From Ignavibacteriota bacterium (GTDB taxonomy: Bacteria; Bacteroidota; Ignavibacteria; UBA10030; UBA6906), in contig PMJQ01000121.1 of assembly GCA_003157485.1 (NCBI GenBank), positions 11,233 through 75,232 of the forward strand: 64,000 bases of DNA, read 5' to 3'. This document shows positions 38,590 through 48,737 of the stretch, piece by piece. The number at the start of each line of letters is the position of its first letter. Within the stretch, counting starts at the first letter, position 1. Under the pieces are notes generated by a model. It was not told where the DNA came from, searched no databases, and was given only the letters and a program-made list of their open reading frames with translations. Both the position numbers and the translations under genes were made by a program.

Positions 38590-40041
38590 TCACCTCCGGA
38601 GGAGGGTTTTGAATTCCTTGATCGATCGCACTCCCGGGAACTCCTCCTCGAACTGCTTCCGCTTTTCGGGATCGAGCCGAAACGAATTCTTCAGCGATTC
38701 CACCGCTTCGTACACCCTGTTCATCACCAGAAGCACTTTCGCCCGGTTATAAAATGCCTCCGCGGCGTACGGGTTTGCCTCGACAGAGCGGTCGAACGAT
38801 TTCAGCGCCTGCTTCAGGTATCCAAGCTCAAAGAGCGTCTCACCGTAATCGAGCCACGCCTCATAATTCTTCGGCTCGAGCTTTGTTACCATACGGTAGC
38901 TCAGGAGCGACTCGCGCGGCTTCCCCATATTGTAGAGGAGATCCGCCTTGGCGTACCAGAGTTCCGGGTAATCCTTGCAGAGCCCCAGCGCCTTGTTATA
39001 GTCGGCCAGCGCCTTTCGCCACTGTTCGAGCGCGTCATGGCAGCTCCCCCGCCCGAAATACGATTCATAATGGGCGGGTTCGTTCTTTATTGCCTGCGTG
39101 AAGCACTTGATTGCGTCTTCGTACTCCCCCAGTTCCTCGTAGGCGTTTCCCAGGTTGTGCCAGGCCGGCACATCCTTGTCGTCCTGCTGGAGGGTCTGGC
39201 GGTAGCAGGCGATCGCGTCCTGCAGCCGCCCGAGGTTCGCAAAGGCGTTCCCTTTATTGTACCATGCAGAAGGGAATTTTTCATGGATCGCCAGCGCGGT
39301 GTCATAACTCTCTATGGCCAGGTTGTAGTGCATCATACGGTTGAGCACGATGCCCCTGTTGTACCAGGCGTTGTAATTATATGGGTCGCGGTTGAGGTGT
39401 TCGTCGTAGCAGCGGAGGGATTCAGCGGGCCTGTCGAGGTAGTCGAAACAGTACCCCATTTCGTACCACGCGTCCTTATGGTCCGGATTGCCGTCCAGGA
39501 TGAACCTGAAAAGCTGGGCACCTTCCTCGTACTGGCCGGTCTTTTCGAGCGAGATCCCCTTGTTGAAGAGGGCTTCCTCCTGGGTCGGGTCGATCTCGAG
39601 AGCCCTGTTGAAGCTCGCAATCGCCTCCTCGAACCGCCCCAGGTCGTCAAGCGTGATCCCCTTGTTGACCAATACCTCGGGGTCGACGGGGTTCAGACCG
39701 AGCGCGGTTTCATATGCCTCGAGCGCGTCCTCGTACTTGTACAGATTGGCGAGTATGAGCCCTTTTCTATGCCAGAAATCCGCGCTGTACGGAACGATGG
39801 CAAGCAGCTGGTTGACGAAGTGGAGCGCGTCTTCATACTTCTCGTTGTCGAAATAGTAATTGACGATCTCCTCCAGGGCCTCGGCGTTCGTGATCCCTGA
39901 AGAGCCGTCCTTGAGGGAGTCCCTGTACTTCTTCAGTTCGTCCTCAAAGCGCTCCCGCCGTCCCTGATCGTCCTCAGGGTCGTCGTCAAAATTACCGAAA
40001 TCGAGTATGCTCATCAGTCGTCCTGCAGACTTCTTCATCAA
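38590..40041 (-). CDS. Tetratricopeptide-repeat protein (about 11 TPR units)
   Basis: Regular 34-aa repeats with the W/Y..G.....Y..A...Y..AL...P pattern throughout. The start could be a downstream ATG. Confidence 0.85.
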   Translation of the reverse strand: MMKKSAGRLMSILDFGNFDDDPEDDQGRRERFEDELKKYRDSLKDGSSGITNAEALEEIVNYYFDNEKYEDALHFVNQLLAIVPYSADFWHRKGLILANLYKYEDALEAYETALGLNPVDPEVLVNKGITLDDLGRFEEAIASFNRALEIDPTQEEALFNKGISLEKTGQYEEGAQLFRFILDGNPDHKDAWYEMGYCFDYLDRPAESLRCYDEHLNRDPYNYNAWYNRGIVLNRMMHYNLAIESYDTALAIHEKFPSAWYNKGNAFANLGRLQDAIACYRQTLQQDDKDVPAWHNLGNAYEELGEYEDAIKCFTQAIKNEPAHYESYFGRGSCHDALEQWRKALADYNKALGLCKDYPELWYAKADLLYNMGKPRESLLSYRMVTKLEPKNYEAWLDYGETLFELGYLKQALKSFDRSVEANPYAAEAFYNRAKVLLVMNRVYEAVESLKNSFRLDPEKRKQFEEEFPGVRSIKEFKTLLRR

Positions 40042-40086
40042 GTAAATGAAAAATCAATGGTAAGTCAAGGAACGCCAGCCGGTTCG

Positions 40087-40115
40087 TTGATTTTCAGGTC
40101 ACAAAGGACTATATT
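40087..40115 (+). promoter_or_regulatory. Putative sigma70-type promoter TTGATT-N17-TATATT for yggS
   Basis: Located in the only AT-rich gap of this region. The -10 ends 16 nt before ATG 40132. Confidence 0.5.
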
Positions 40116-40131
40116 AAAATCTTGATTTTGA

Positions 40132-40845
40132 ATGATTTCTGATAATATCAACACGATGCGGGAGAAAGTCGCCCGCTCATGTGTCCGGGCGGGGCGTTCC
40201 CCGTCCGACGTCACGCTCATTGCCGTGGCGAAAACCTTCCCCGCGGAGGCCGTCCGTGAAGCATTCGACGCGGGCGCCGCAGACGTGGGGGAGAATTATG
40301 TGCAGGAGGTCCTCGCCAAGCGCAGAGAACTCGCCGGGCTTGCCGTCCGGTGGCATTTCATCGGCCACCTGCAGACCAACAAGGTAAAACAGATCGCGCC
40401 CTGGGTCCACATGATCCACGCAGTCGACTCGGTACCCCTCGCAACAGAGATCGACCGCCGTGCATCAGGTGCGGGAAGGGTCATCGAGTGCCTGATCGAG
40501 GTCAACACGACGGGGGAGGAGACGAAATTCGGCGTGCCCCCGGGGCAGGTTGCCGCGCTTGTGAAGAGTCTGGCCCCCTGTGATCACATTTCCGTGGGGG
40601 GACTCATGACCATCGGGCCCTTTCTCCCCGAAGCGGAAGGCTCACGTCCCATGTTCCGCAGGCTGCGCGAATTGAAAGACGAGATCGCCGCGTCAACACA
40701 GGCCAACGTCCGTATGCAGCATCTGTCCATGGGCATGACAGGGGATTTTGAAGTTGCCATCGAAGAAGGGGCGACGCACATAAGGATCGGGACCGCCATT
40801 TTTGGTCCGAGAACCAGGGCTGATCATCAGCGGAGGACCCCATGA
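40132..40845 (+). CDS. yggS: YggS/YlmE-family pyridoxal-phosphate homeostasis protein
   Basis: LIAVAKTFPAEAVREAFDAGAADVGENYVQE and HFIGHLQTNKVK motifs. Confidence 0.9.
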   Translation: MISDNINTMREKVARSCVRAGRSPSDVTLIAVAKTFPAEAVREAFDAGAADVGENYVQEVLAKRRELAGLAVRWHFIGHLQTNKVKQIAPWVHMIHAVDSVPLATEIDRRASGAGRVIECLIEVNTTGEETKFGVPPGQVAALVKSLAPCDHISVGGLMTIGPFLPEAEGSRPMFRRLRELKDEIAASTQANVRMQHLSMGMTGDFEVAIEEGATHIRIGTAIFGPRTRADHQRRTP

Positions 40846-41399
40846 AACTGACACCGCTCGATATCCGTAAGCAGGAATTCAAGAAAATCATGCGGGGATA
40901 CGATCCCGTCGAAGTCGACACGTTCCTTGAAATGGTCACCGCGGATCTCGAAGAGGCGCTGAAACAGCAGAAAGAGTCCCGCGAGAGGATCATCGAGCTC
41001 GAAACGCAGCTCAAAGATTACCGCCAGATTGAAAAAACGCTCCAGCAGACGCTGCTTCAGGCGCAGGAGGCCACCGGAAGGACGTACGAATCCGCCCGCC
41101 GGGAGTCCGAAACAATCCTCAGGGAGGCCGAATCCAGGGGGGCGAAGATCGTCGAGCAGGCGAACGCCGACCTTGCCAAGCTCAACGGAGAGATCCATCG
41201 GCTGAACTCGAGGAAGGAGTCCCTCATCGGGAGGCTGCGCGTGCTGCTGAGCTCGGAACTGGATCTTCTCAAGACGCTTGACATGGGGGGATCGGAAGAC
41301 CTTGGAGTGGGTTCGTCCCTGGGGACGGGGAAGGAATCGGTTGAAGTCGAGAGCATACTGAAGAATATGGACAATGACAGAGCTCCGCAAGCGCATTGA
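40842..41399 (+). CDS. divIVA: DivIVA-domain protein
   Basis: [33 protein letters not shown]-terminal DivIVA signature followed by a coiled coil. ATGA overlap with yggS. Confidence 0.88.
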   Translation: MKLTPLDIRKQEFKKIMRGYDPVEVDTFLEMVTADLEEALKQQKESRERIIELETQLKDYRQIEKTLQQTLLQAQEATGRTYESARRESETILREAESRGAKIVEQANADLAKLNGEIHRLNSRKESLIGRLRVLLSSELDLLKTLDMGGSEDLGVGSSLGTGKESVEVESILKNMDNDRAPQAH

Positions 41400-42195
41400 C
41401 GAAGCTGTCCGGTTCATCCGGACGAAAACCCCCATGGAGCCTTCCACCGGGATCATACTCGGCACGGGGCTGGGGGGACTTGCCCGCGAGATCGTCCCTG
41501 CAGCGGTCATCGACTACGCGGAGATCCCGCACTTTCCTCTTTCCACGGTCGAGTCGCACAATGGCAAGCTGATATTCGGCGCGCTCGGCGGAAAGAACGT
41601 GGTCGCCATGCAAGGTCGCTTTCATTATTATGAAGGCTACTCGATGGAGCGGGTGACCTTTCCCGTCCGCGTGATGAAATTCCTCGGGGTCAGGACGCTC
41701 CTTATCTCAAATGCGGCGGGGGGGATGAACCCGCAATTCTCGCGCGGCAGCATCATGGTCATCACGGATCACATAAACCTGCTCGGTGACAACCCGCTGA
41801 TCGGCCCCAACGACGACACGCTCGGTCCCCGGTTTCCCGACATGTCCGAGCCGTACGCCAGGGATCTGATCGCGCTTGCCGGGGAGGTCGCCCTCGATCT
41901 GAAAATCAGGATTGAGCGCGGGGTGTTCGTCGCCGTTCCCGGACCCAACCTGGAAACCCGTGCGGAATACCGGTTTCTCAGATTCATCGGTGCCGATGCG
42001 GTGGGGATGTCGACGGTCCCCGAGAACATCGTGGCTAACCACATGGGACTCAGAGTGCTTGGCTTCTCCATAATCACGGACGAGTGCTTCCCCGATTCGC
42101 TCCAAGTAGCAAAAGTTGAAGATATCATTGCCGTCGCAGGGAAGACGGAACCGCATCTGACCGCGATAATGAAAGGTGTCGTCGAGCGGCTCTGA
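41374..42195 (+). CDS. punA: Purine nucleoside phosphorylase (PNP-I family)
   Basis: [34 protein letters not shown] motifs. 26-nt overlap with the divIVA 3' end. Confidence 0.88.
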   Translation: MTELRKRIDEAVRFIRTKTPMEPSTGIILGTGLGGLAREIVPAAVIDYAEIPHFPLSTVESHNGKLIFGALGGKNVVAMQGRFHYYEGYSMERVTFPVRVMKFLGVRTLLISNAAGGMNPQFSRGSIMVITDHINLLGDNPLIGPNDDTLGPRFPDMSEPYARDLIALAGEVALDLKIRIERGVFVAVPGPNLETRAEYRFLRFIGADAVGMSTVPENIVANHMGLRVLGFSIITDECFPDSLQVAKVEDIIAVAGKTEPHLTAIMKGVVERL

Positions 42196-42219
42196 CCGAA
42201 TGCCATCGACTCAACGGAA

Positions 42220-45200
42220 ATGTTCAAAGAACTAACAGACCGGGTTTCGTACCCCGCGGTGGAGAAGGAGATACTCGCCTTCTGGAAAGAGCGGGGGATC
42301 TTCGCGAAGAGCATAGCGATGCGCGACGGACGCCCCGGGTTCACGTTCTATGAAGGCCCCCCTACCGCGAACGGCCGCCCCGGCATCCATCACATCATGG
42401 CACGCACGCTCAAGGACCTCGTGTGCCGGTACAAAACGATGAAGGGCTTCCAGGTGCACCGGAAGGCGGGGTGGGACACACACGGGCTCCCCGTGGAAAT
42501 CGAAGTGGAGAAAGAGCTCGGGTTCAAACACAAGGAAGACATCGTCCGCTACGGCGTCGCGGAATTCAACAGGAAGTGCCAGGAATCGGTCTGGAAGTAC
42601 AAAGCCGACTGGGAAAAGCTGACGGAGCAGATGGGATACTGGGTCGACCTGAGCGATCCGTACATCACGCTTTCGAACACGTACATCGAGTCCGTCTGGT
42701 GGGCGCTGAAGAAATACTTCGACGGCGGGATGATCTACCGCGGCTACAAGATTCAGCCGTACTGCCCGCGCTGCGAAACCCCGCTCTCCTCCCACGAAGT
42801 TTCGCTCGGGTACGACGACGTCAAGGATCCGAGCGTCTATGTCCGGATGAAACTGAAGGGATCACCGGACACGTCCTTCCTCGTATGGACGACCACCCCC
42901 TGGACGCTTGTTGCCAATGTTGCCCTTGCGGTCGCCCCCGGCGTCACGTACGTCAAGGTCTCGCACAAAGGGGAGAACCTGATACTTGCCGAAGCCCGGC
43001 TCGGCGTTCTCGAAGGGGAATACACGGTTCTCGAGAAATTCCCCGGCTCATCGCTTGCCGGTAGAGAGTACGAACGGATTTTCAATTATCATCCCGTCCG
43101 CGAGAAGGCGTTCTACGTCGTCGAGGCTCCTTTTGTCACGACGGAGGACGGCACCGGCATCGTCCACATGGCCCCCGCGTACGGCGAGGACGACTACCAG
43201 ACCTCCAAGAAGTACGGTCTCCCCACGATCCATCCCGTCAACAAGAGCGGCGAATTCGGTCCCGACGTGCCGGACTTTGCCGGGAAGTTCGTCAAGGATG
43301 CCGACCTGGATATCATCCGGGTTCTGAAAGAGCGCCACATACTCTACAGGAAAGAGACGATCACGCACAGCTATCCACACTGCTGGCGCTGCAAGACTCC
43401 CCTTCTGTACTACGCCCGGGATTCGTGGTACATAAGCACGACGAAATACGCAAAGAGGATGATCGAGCTCAACAGGCAGATCACCTGGGTCCCCCCGGAA
43501 GTCGGCGAGGGGAGGTTCGGCAACTGGCTCGAGGAGAACAAAGACTGGGCCCTCTCCCGGGACCGTTTCTGGGGGACGCCGCTTCCGATCTGGGTGTGCG
43601 AGAAGTGCGGCGCGCAGAAATGCGTGGGGAGCATCGCCGAGTACCGCCTGGGGCGCGGCGTGAAGGAGCCGCTGGACCTCCACAAGCCGTTCGTGGACGA
43701 TGTCACGTTCGACTGCTCCTGCGGCGGCACGATGAAAAGGACGCCTGAGCTTATCGACGTCTGGTTCGATTCAGGCGCCATGCCGTTCGCCCAGTGGCAT
43801 TACCCGTTTGAACACAGGGCGTTCATCGATTCCGGCGAACGGTACCCGGCGGATTTCATCTCGGAGGGAATTGACCAGACGCGCGGATGGTTCTACTCCC
43901 TGCACGCCATCGGTACGTACCTCTTCGACAAGCCCGCGTACCGCGCGGTCATGGTCAACGAGCTCATACTCGACAAGACCGGAAAGAAGATGTCGAAGTC
44001 GGTCGGCAACACCGTTGATCCTTTCGCGGTCATGGACAAGTACGGGGCCGACACGACGCGCTGGTATCTCGTGAGCACGAGCCCTCCCTGGCGCCCGACG
44101 ATGTTCGACGAAGACGGGCTCGGTGACGTCCAGCGGAAATTCTTCGGGACGCTCGTCAACACATACGCCTTTTTCGCGATGTATGCCAATATCGACGGGT
44201 TTACATACGCGGAGCCCCGTATTCCGGTCGCCGAAAGGGCAGAGATCGACCGCTGGATTATCTCCGAGCTTCACTCCATGACCGGGCGTTTTTCGGCCCA
44301 AATGGAGGCATTCGACGTCACCAAGGCAGCCCGGAGCGTGAGCGACTTCACAATAGATCAACTTTCGAATTGGTATGTTCGCAGGAACCGCCGGCGGTTC
44401 TGGAAGAGCGAAAAAGGGAAAGACAAGCTGGCGGCGTACCAGACGCTGTACGAATGCATCACCGGGGTCGTAAAGCTCATGGCCCCGTTTGCCCCGTTCC
44501 TTGCCGAAGAGCTGTACAGGAACCTCAACACCGTCACGGGACGCGAGGCGACCGAATCGGTCCACCTTGCGCTTATCCCCGAACCGGTTGACGAAGAACG
44601 GGATACCGTGCTCGAAGAGAGGATGGAACGGGCCGAGAGGATCGTCATGCTCGTGCGCTCGATGCGCATGAAATCGAACCTCAAGGTTCGGCAGCCGCTC
44701 AGCCGCATCATACTGCCGATCGCCGGCGAGCGCGAGCGGGAGGAGGTCAGGCAGATGGAGGACGTCATACTCGAGGAGATCAACGTCAAGGCGGTCGAAT
44801 ATGTCGGCGACGAATCAGGGATCGTAAAGAAAAAAGCGAAAGCCAATTTCAAATCCATCGGGCCGAAATTCGGAAAATCGGTCCAGGCCGTTGCCGGGAA
44901 GATCCGGGATCTGAGCGATGCCGAGATCACGCGCCTGGAGAACGAAGGGGCGCTTTCTTTTCCCCTTAACAGCTCGACGGTCGTGATCGTCCGGGAAGAC
45001 GTCGAGATCCTCCGGGAGGACATCCCGGGCTGGCTTGTCGAATCGGACGGCGCGCTCACCGTCGCTCTGGACACGGAAATAACGGACGAGCTCGCGGCCG
45101 AGGGAATTGCGCGGGAATTTGTGAACAGGGTCCAGAACATGCGGAAGGATGCCGGCTTTGCGGTGACCGACCATATCACGATCGCCGTGCGCGTTCCGGA

Positions 45201-45360
45201 AAGCCTCATGCAGACGCTCGGCGCGGGGCGCGGATACATCATGGCCGAAACGCTGGCGGAGGAAATGTCCACGGAATTCCGCGAGGGGGAATTTACGGCG
45301 TCATTCGAATTGAACGGAGCGGAGATCACGGTGAGCATCGCCCGCCGTGAAAGGGACTAA
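42220..45360 (+). CDS. ileS: Isoleucine--tRNA ligase, type 2 (Thermus/eukaryote-like)
   Basis: FYEGPPTANGRPGIHH (HIGH region) and KMSKS (GKKMSKSVGN). 1046 aa. The N-terminal pattern resembles type 2 IleRS rather than the E. coli type. Confidence 0.96.
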   Translation: MFKELTDRVSYPAVEKEILAFWKERGIFAKSIAMRDGRPGFTFYEGPPTANGRPGIHHIMARTLKDLVCRYKTMKGFQVHRKAGWDTHGLPVEIEVEKELGFKHKEDIVRYGVAEFNRKCQESVWKYKADWEKLTEQMGYWVDLSDPYITLSNTYIESVWWALKKYFDGGMIYRGYKIQPYCPRCETPLSSHEVSLGYDDVKDPSVYVRMKLKGSPDTSFLVWTTTPWTLVANVALAVAPGVTYVKVSHKGENLILAEARLGVLEGEYTVLEKFPGSSLAGREYERIFNYHPVREKAFYVVEAPFVTTEDGTGIVHMAPAYGEDDYQTSKKYGLPTIHPVNKSGEFGPDVPDFAGKFVKDADLDIIRVLKERHILYRKETITHSYPHCWRCKTPLLYYARDSWYISTTKYAKRMIELNRQITWVPPEVGEGRFGNWLEENKDWALSRDRFWGTPLPIWVCEKCGAQKCVGSIAEYRLGRGVKEPLDLHKPFVDDVTFDCSCGGTMKRTPELIDVWFDSGAMPFAQWHYPFEHRAFIDSGERYPADFISEGIDQTRGWFYSLHAIGTYLFDKPAYRAVMVNELILDKTGKKMSKSVGNTVDPFAVMDKYGADTTRWYLVSTSPPWRPTMFDEDGLGDVQRKFFGTLVNTYAFFAMYANIDGFTYAEPRIPVAERAEIDRWIISELHSMTGRFSAQMEAFDVTKAARSVSDFTIDQLSNWYVRRNRRRFWKSEKGKDKLAAYQTLYECITGVVKLMAPFAPFLAEELYRNLNTVTGREATESVHLALIPEPVDEERDTVLEERMERAERIVMLVRSMRMKSNLKVRQPLSRIILPIAGEREREEVRQMEDVILEEINVKAVEYVGDESGIVKKKAKANFKSIGPKFGKSVQAVAGKIRDLSDAEITRLENEGALSFPLNSSTVVIVREDVEILREDIPGWLVESDGALTVALDTEITDELAAEGIAREFVNRVQNMRKDAGFAVTDHITIAVRVPESLMQTLGAGRGYIMAETLAEEMSTEFREGEFTASFELNGAEITVSIARRERD

Positions 45361-45388
45361 CAGTTCTTCACAAGGAGAGCACACTGCA

Positions 45389-46000
45389 ATGGCAACAAAA
45401 AAGGGATCGAAGGCGGTTGTCAAAAGCACCGTGCAGATCATGAAGGAGAAAACCGCCGCCCGGGCTAAACAGGCCAGGAAACCGGGTGCCAGCCCAAAAA
45501 AGGCGGCCGTGCCGAAAGCGGAAAAAGGTCCTGCGAAAAAAGGGATGAGCGCACGGCTTATCGCCCAGGTTGCCGCGGCGCCGAAAGCCTACGCGACAGA
45601 CGACCTAAAATACTTCAGGGAGATGATCCTCGCAAAGCGGAAAGAGACCATCGAGGAACTTGATTCGCTGAAAGAGAGCATGATGGATGTGACGACGGGG
45701 GAATACATAAGCGAGAGCTCGAATTACTCCCTGCATATGGAACAGGGGACGGACGCCATGGAGCGGGAGAAGACCTTCCTCTTCGCCTCCCGGGGGAGCA
45801 AGTTCGTCAATCAGCTCGACGATGCCCTGGCACGGATCGAGGCGAAGACCTACGGTGTCTGCAAGACGTGCGGTCTTCTCGTCCCCAAAGAACGGCTCGA
45901 GGCGGTCCCCACGGCGCAGACCTGCGCCGAATACAAGAACACGGGACTCCCGTGCGAAAAAGGGCGCATTGCACTTGCGAAGAAGAAGGCGGGGAAGTAG
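45389..46000 (+). CDS. DksA/TraR-family zinc-finger protein with a Lys/Ala/Pro-rich basic N-terminal tail
   Basis: C-terminal CKTC-X17-CAEY finger with LEAVP. Coiled-coil region with a DxxDxA-like segment. Start set at ATG 45389, preceded by AAGGAG. Sits between ileS and lspA. Confidence 0.75.
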   Translation: MATKKGSKAVVKSTVQIMKEKTAARAKQARKPGASPKKAAVPKAEKGPAKKGMSARLIAQVAAAPKAYATDDLKYFREMILAKRKETIEELDSLKESMMDVTTGEYISESSNYSLHMEQGTDAMEREKTFLFASRGSKFVNQLDDALARIEAKTYGVCKTCGLLVPKERLEAVPTAQTCAEYKNTGLPCEKGRIALAKKKAGK

Positions 46001-46003
46001 CGC

Positions 46004-46627
46004 GTGAGGGTGCTCATACTTTCGTTCATCATCGTCTTCAGTGACCAGGTTGCCAAGTTGTTCATCAAGGGGGGTTCGTTTCCCTCCCTGGGGATTTCGC
46101 TGAGTGGCGTTCCGTACGGGTCCAGCAGGCCCCTGCTGGGGAACTTCCTCAGGCTCACGTACATCGAGAACCCGGGGATGGCATTCGGCATCGATATCGG
46201 AGGGAAGCTCTTTTTCTCCCTCTTCTCCATTGCCGCGAGCGTCGCCATCGTCGCCTACCTCTATCATGCCCGGAAAGAACCCCTCGGCTTCAGGCTTTCG
46301 CTCGCGATGATACTGGGGGGGGCGGTTGGCAACCTGATCGACAGGGTCTTTTACGGTGTCATATTCGGCGACGCACCGCTCTTTTACGGCAAGGTCGTCG
46401 ACTTCCTCGACATGAATTTCTTCGATCTCAACATCTTCGGCTATCAGCTCACGCGGTGGCCGGTGTTCAACATCGCGGACGCATCCGTCACGCTCGGGGT
46501 GCTGCTCCTTCTGTTCTTCCACAGGACTTCAGGCGTGGGAGAACCCTCCGGCGTCCGTGCTCCCTACGCACCGGGACCGGCGGGTGAGACCGCCGACGGC
46601 GGTCCGAGCACCAACACACAGAAGTAG
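46004..46627 (+). CDS. lspA: Lipoprotein signal peptidase II
   Basis: NPGMAFGI and FNIADASVTLG motifs, 4 TM helices. Confidence 0.9.
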   Translation: MRVLILSFIIVFSDQVAKLFIKGGSFPSLGISLSGVPYGSSRPLLGNFLRLTYIENPGMAFGIDIGGKLFFSLFSIAASVAIVAYLYHARKEPLGFRLSLAMILGGAVGNLIDRVFYGVIFGDAPLFYGKVVDFLDMNFFDLNIFGYQLTRWPVFNIADASVTLGVLLLLFFHRTSGVGEPSGVRAPYAPGPAGETADGGPSTNTQK

Positions 46628-46671
46628 CGGCGACCGCGCACGGGTCTCCTGCGCCTGTCTGCAATCCCCCT

Positions 46672-47646
46672 ATGTCACACGTCGTCGAGATCATCGTCCC
46701 CCCCGGAAAGAAGAAAGAGCGGATTGACGTCTACATCACCGCCCACGTTGAAAACGCGACGCGGAACAAGGTCCAGCAGGCGATCCGGGGGGGGACCGTG
46801 CTCGTCAACGGCGAGCCTGTCAGGCCGAGCTATACGGTCATGCCGGACGACGTCATACGCATAACCCTCCCCAGGCCTCCCCCTGCGGAAGCGGTTCCGG
46901 AAAACATCCCGCTGGAGATTCTTTTCGAAGACGAGGACCTCATCATCGTCAACAAACCCGCGGGGATGGTGACGCATCCCGCGTACGGGAACTACACGGG
47001 GACGCTTGTCAATGCGCTCCTCTATCACTGCGGAACGTTGGCGGCCGGGGGGGACCCGGTCCGTCCGGGGATCGTCCATCGTCTCGACAAGGATACATCG
47101 GGCGTCATGGTCGTGGCCAAGAACGACACGGCACACGCGAAACTTGCCAGGCAGTTTGCTCTCCGGACGATCCGCCGGGAATACCAGGCGGTTGTCTGGG
47201 GGAAATTCGCCAGCTCGTCCGGTTTGATCGAAGCCGGGCTCGGGCGGAGCAAATCCGACAGGAAAAAGATGGCGGTTGTAGAAGGGGGGAAATCCGCGGC
47301 CACTGAATACACCGTCCTCGAGCAGTTTCCACACCTTGCGCTCCTTCGGCTGAAGCTTCGCACGGGAAGAACGCATCAGATCCGGGTCCACCTGGCGCAC
47401 ATTAACCACCCCGTGTTCGGAGACCCGACATACAACGGGAGACACATCCCCGGAGGGATCACCGGAAAAGCGCATATCCAGCGCCTGCTTGCGATAATGC
47501 CAAGGCAGGCTCTTCACGCCAGAACACTCGGGTTTGTCCATCCGTCGAGCCGCCGGGAGCTCGATTTTGAGAGCCCCCTTCCGGCCGATATGCAGGAACT
47601 CCTTGAATCCCTGGGGTCCCCGGGGGTCGAAAACAGCCCCCTCTGA
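46672..47646 (+). CDS. rluD: 23S rRNA pseudouridine synthase, RluD subfamily
   Basis: N-terminal S4 domain, catalytic HRLDKDTSGVMVVAK, HQIRVHLA. Confidence 0.9.
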   Translation: MSHVVEIIVPPGKKKERIDVYITAHVENATRNKVQQAIRGGTVLVNGEPVRPSYTVMPDDVIRITLPRPPPAEAVPENIPLEILFEDEDLIIVNKPAGMVTHPAYGNYTGTLVNALLYHCGTLAAGGDPVRPGIVHRLDKDTSGVMVVAKNDTAHAKLARQFALRTIRREYQAVVWGKFASSSGLIEAGLGRSKSDRKKMAVVEGGKSAATEYTVLEQFPHLALLRLKLRTGRTHQIRVHLAHINHPVFGDPTYNGRHIPGGITGKAHIQRLLAIMPRQALHARTLGFVHPSSRRELDFESPLPADMQELLESLGSPGVENSPL

Positions 47647-47766
47647 AGGGTTTTTGGAGGGCATTTACTCATGTGTGATTCGAGGCACTACTCTTCTCAC
47701 CGGGACTCACGTACTTTTGCCTTATTGCGCACTACACCATAGTACACACAATAGGAGAAGCACCGA

Positions 47767-48678
47767 ATGGAAACACTCCGACGTGCACCACGCCTCTTTT
47801 CTCTTCTGGCTGCAGGATGCGCGGTTCTGTTCATGGCCACCACAGGTTACGCGCAATCCGATCTGCAGAAGACCCTGCAGCAGTTCAACTCGACGCAGGT
47901 CACAGGTTATATCCAGCCGCTTGCAGACCTCTTCGGCGCGAACATGAACGCCGGGATGTTCCATGACGCGGAAATCCCAAGAACCGGATTCCATCTCTCC
48001 TTCGAAATTGTCGGCATGGGCTCCACGGTCGGCGACAATCAGAAGAATTATACGCTAAACGCTCCCGCCGGATTCAACCCCGCAACGTTTTCAACTGCGA
48101 CCATGTTCGGGGGGAAACGGGATTCGGTCGTTGACACAAAGACCAACCTCAAGTATTTCGGCATCGCCGATGGATTTGTGAACACATCGATATTTCCGCT
48201 GGGTGCCCCGCAGCTCACTATCGGCGATATCTACGGCACCAGGGCGATCATCCGGTTGGTCGCGACCCCCTCGATGAAAGGGTTCCCGAGCGCCACGCTC
48301 TGGGGACTCGGTCTGCAGCACAGCATCAGCCAGTACATCCCGGCCGTTCCCGTCGACATAGCAGCGCATGTGTTCTATAGTCAGTTCAGGTTTGGTGACG
48401 TTGTCAGTTTCAGCGGTACGTCGATAGGCGCGGAAGCCAGCAAAAGCCTATCCGTCCTGAGGGTGTACGGAGGGTTGGCATGGGAGAAAAGCAGCATGGA
48501 GGTGAAGTACACGCCGACCAATGCGACGGCTTCCGCAGTCGATATCACGATGAACGGAGCGAACAACTTCCGCGCCACGATAGGTCTCGGACTCCATCTC
48601 CTCTTCTTCTCGATATTTGCCGACGCGAACTTTGGCTCGGTCACGAACTTTTCCGCCGGGATAGGATTCGGAGGCTGA
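47767..48678 (+). CDS. Hypothetical exported protein, probable outer-membrane beta-barrel
   Basis: Signal peptide ..LFMATTGYAQ, amphipathic beta-strand alternation, AGGAG RBS 8 nt upstream. No catalytic motifs. Confidence 0.5.
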   Translation: METLRRAPRLFSLLAAGCAVLFMATTGYAQSDLQKTLQQFNSTQVTGYIQPLADLFGANMNAGMFHDAEIPRTGFHLSFEIVGMGSTVGDNQKNYTLNAPAGFNPATFSTATMFGGKRDSVVDTKTNLKYFGIADGFVNTSIFPLGAPQLTIGDIYGTRAIIRLVATPSMKGFPSATLWGLGLQHSISQYIPAVPVDIAAHVFYSQFRFGDVVSFSGTSIGAEASKSLSVLRVYGGLAWEKSSMEVKYTPTNATASAVDITMNGANNFRATIGLGLHLLFFSIFADANFGSVTNFSAGIGFGG

Positions 48679-48737
48679 CCGGCACCATGCCGGAATCTTT
48701 CATGATCACGAATTGACCAACGATTGGAGAGACTTCA

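Noticed and set aside
37852-39900. 682-aa plus-strand ORF antisense to the larE-like and TPR genes
   Set aside because: It spans two well-supported minus-strand genes and the terminator between them. Its R/P/V/E-rich composition has no recognisable domain. It is a GC-rich antisense artefact.
42196-42219. T-box or attenuator leader for ileS, as in Firmicutes
   Set aside because: Only 24 nt separate punA and ileS, which leaves no room for a T-box.
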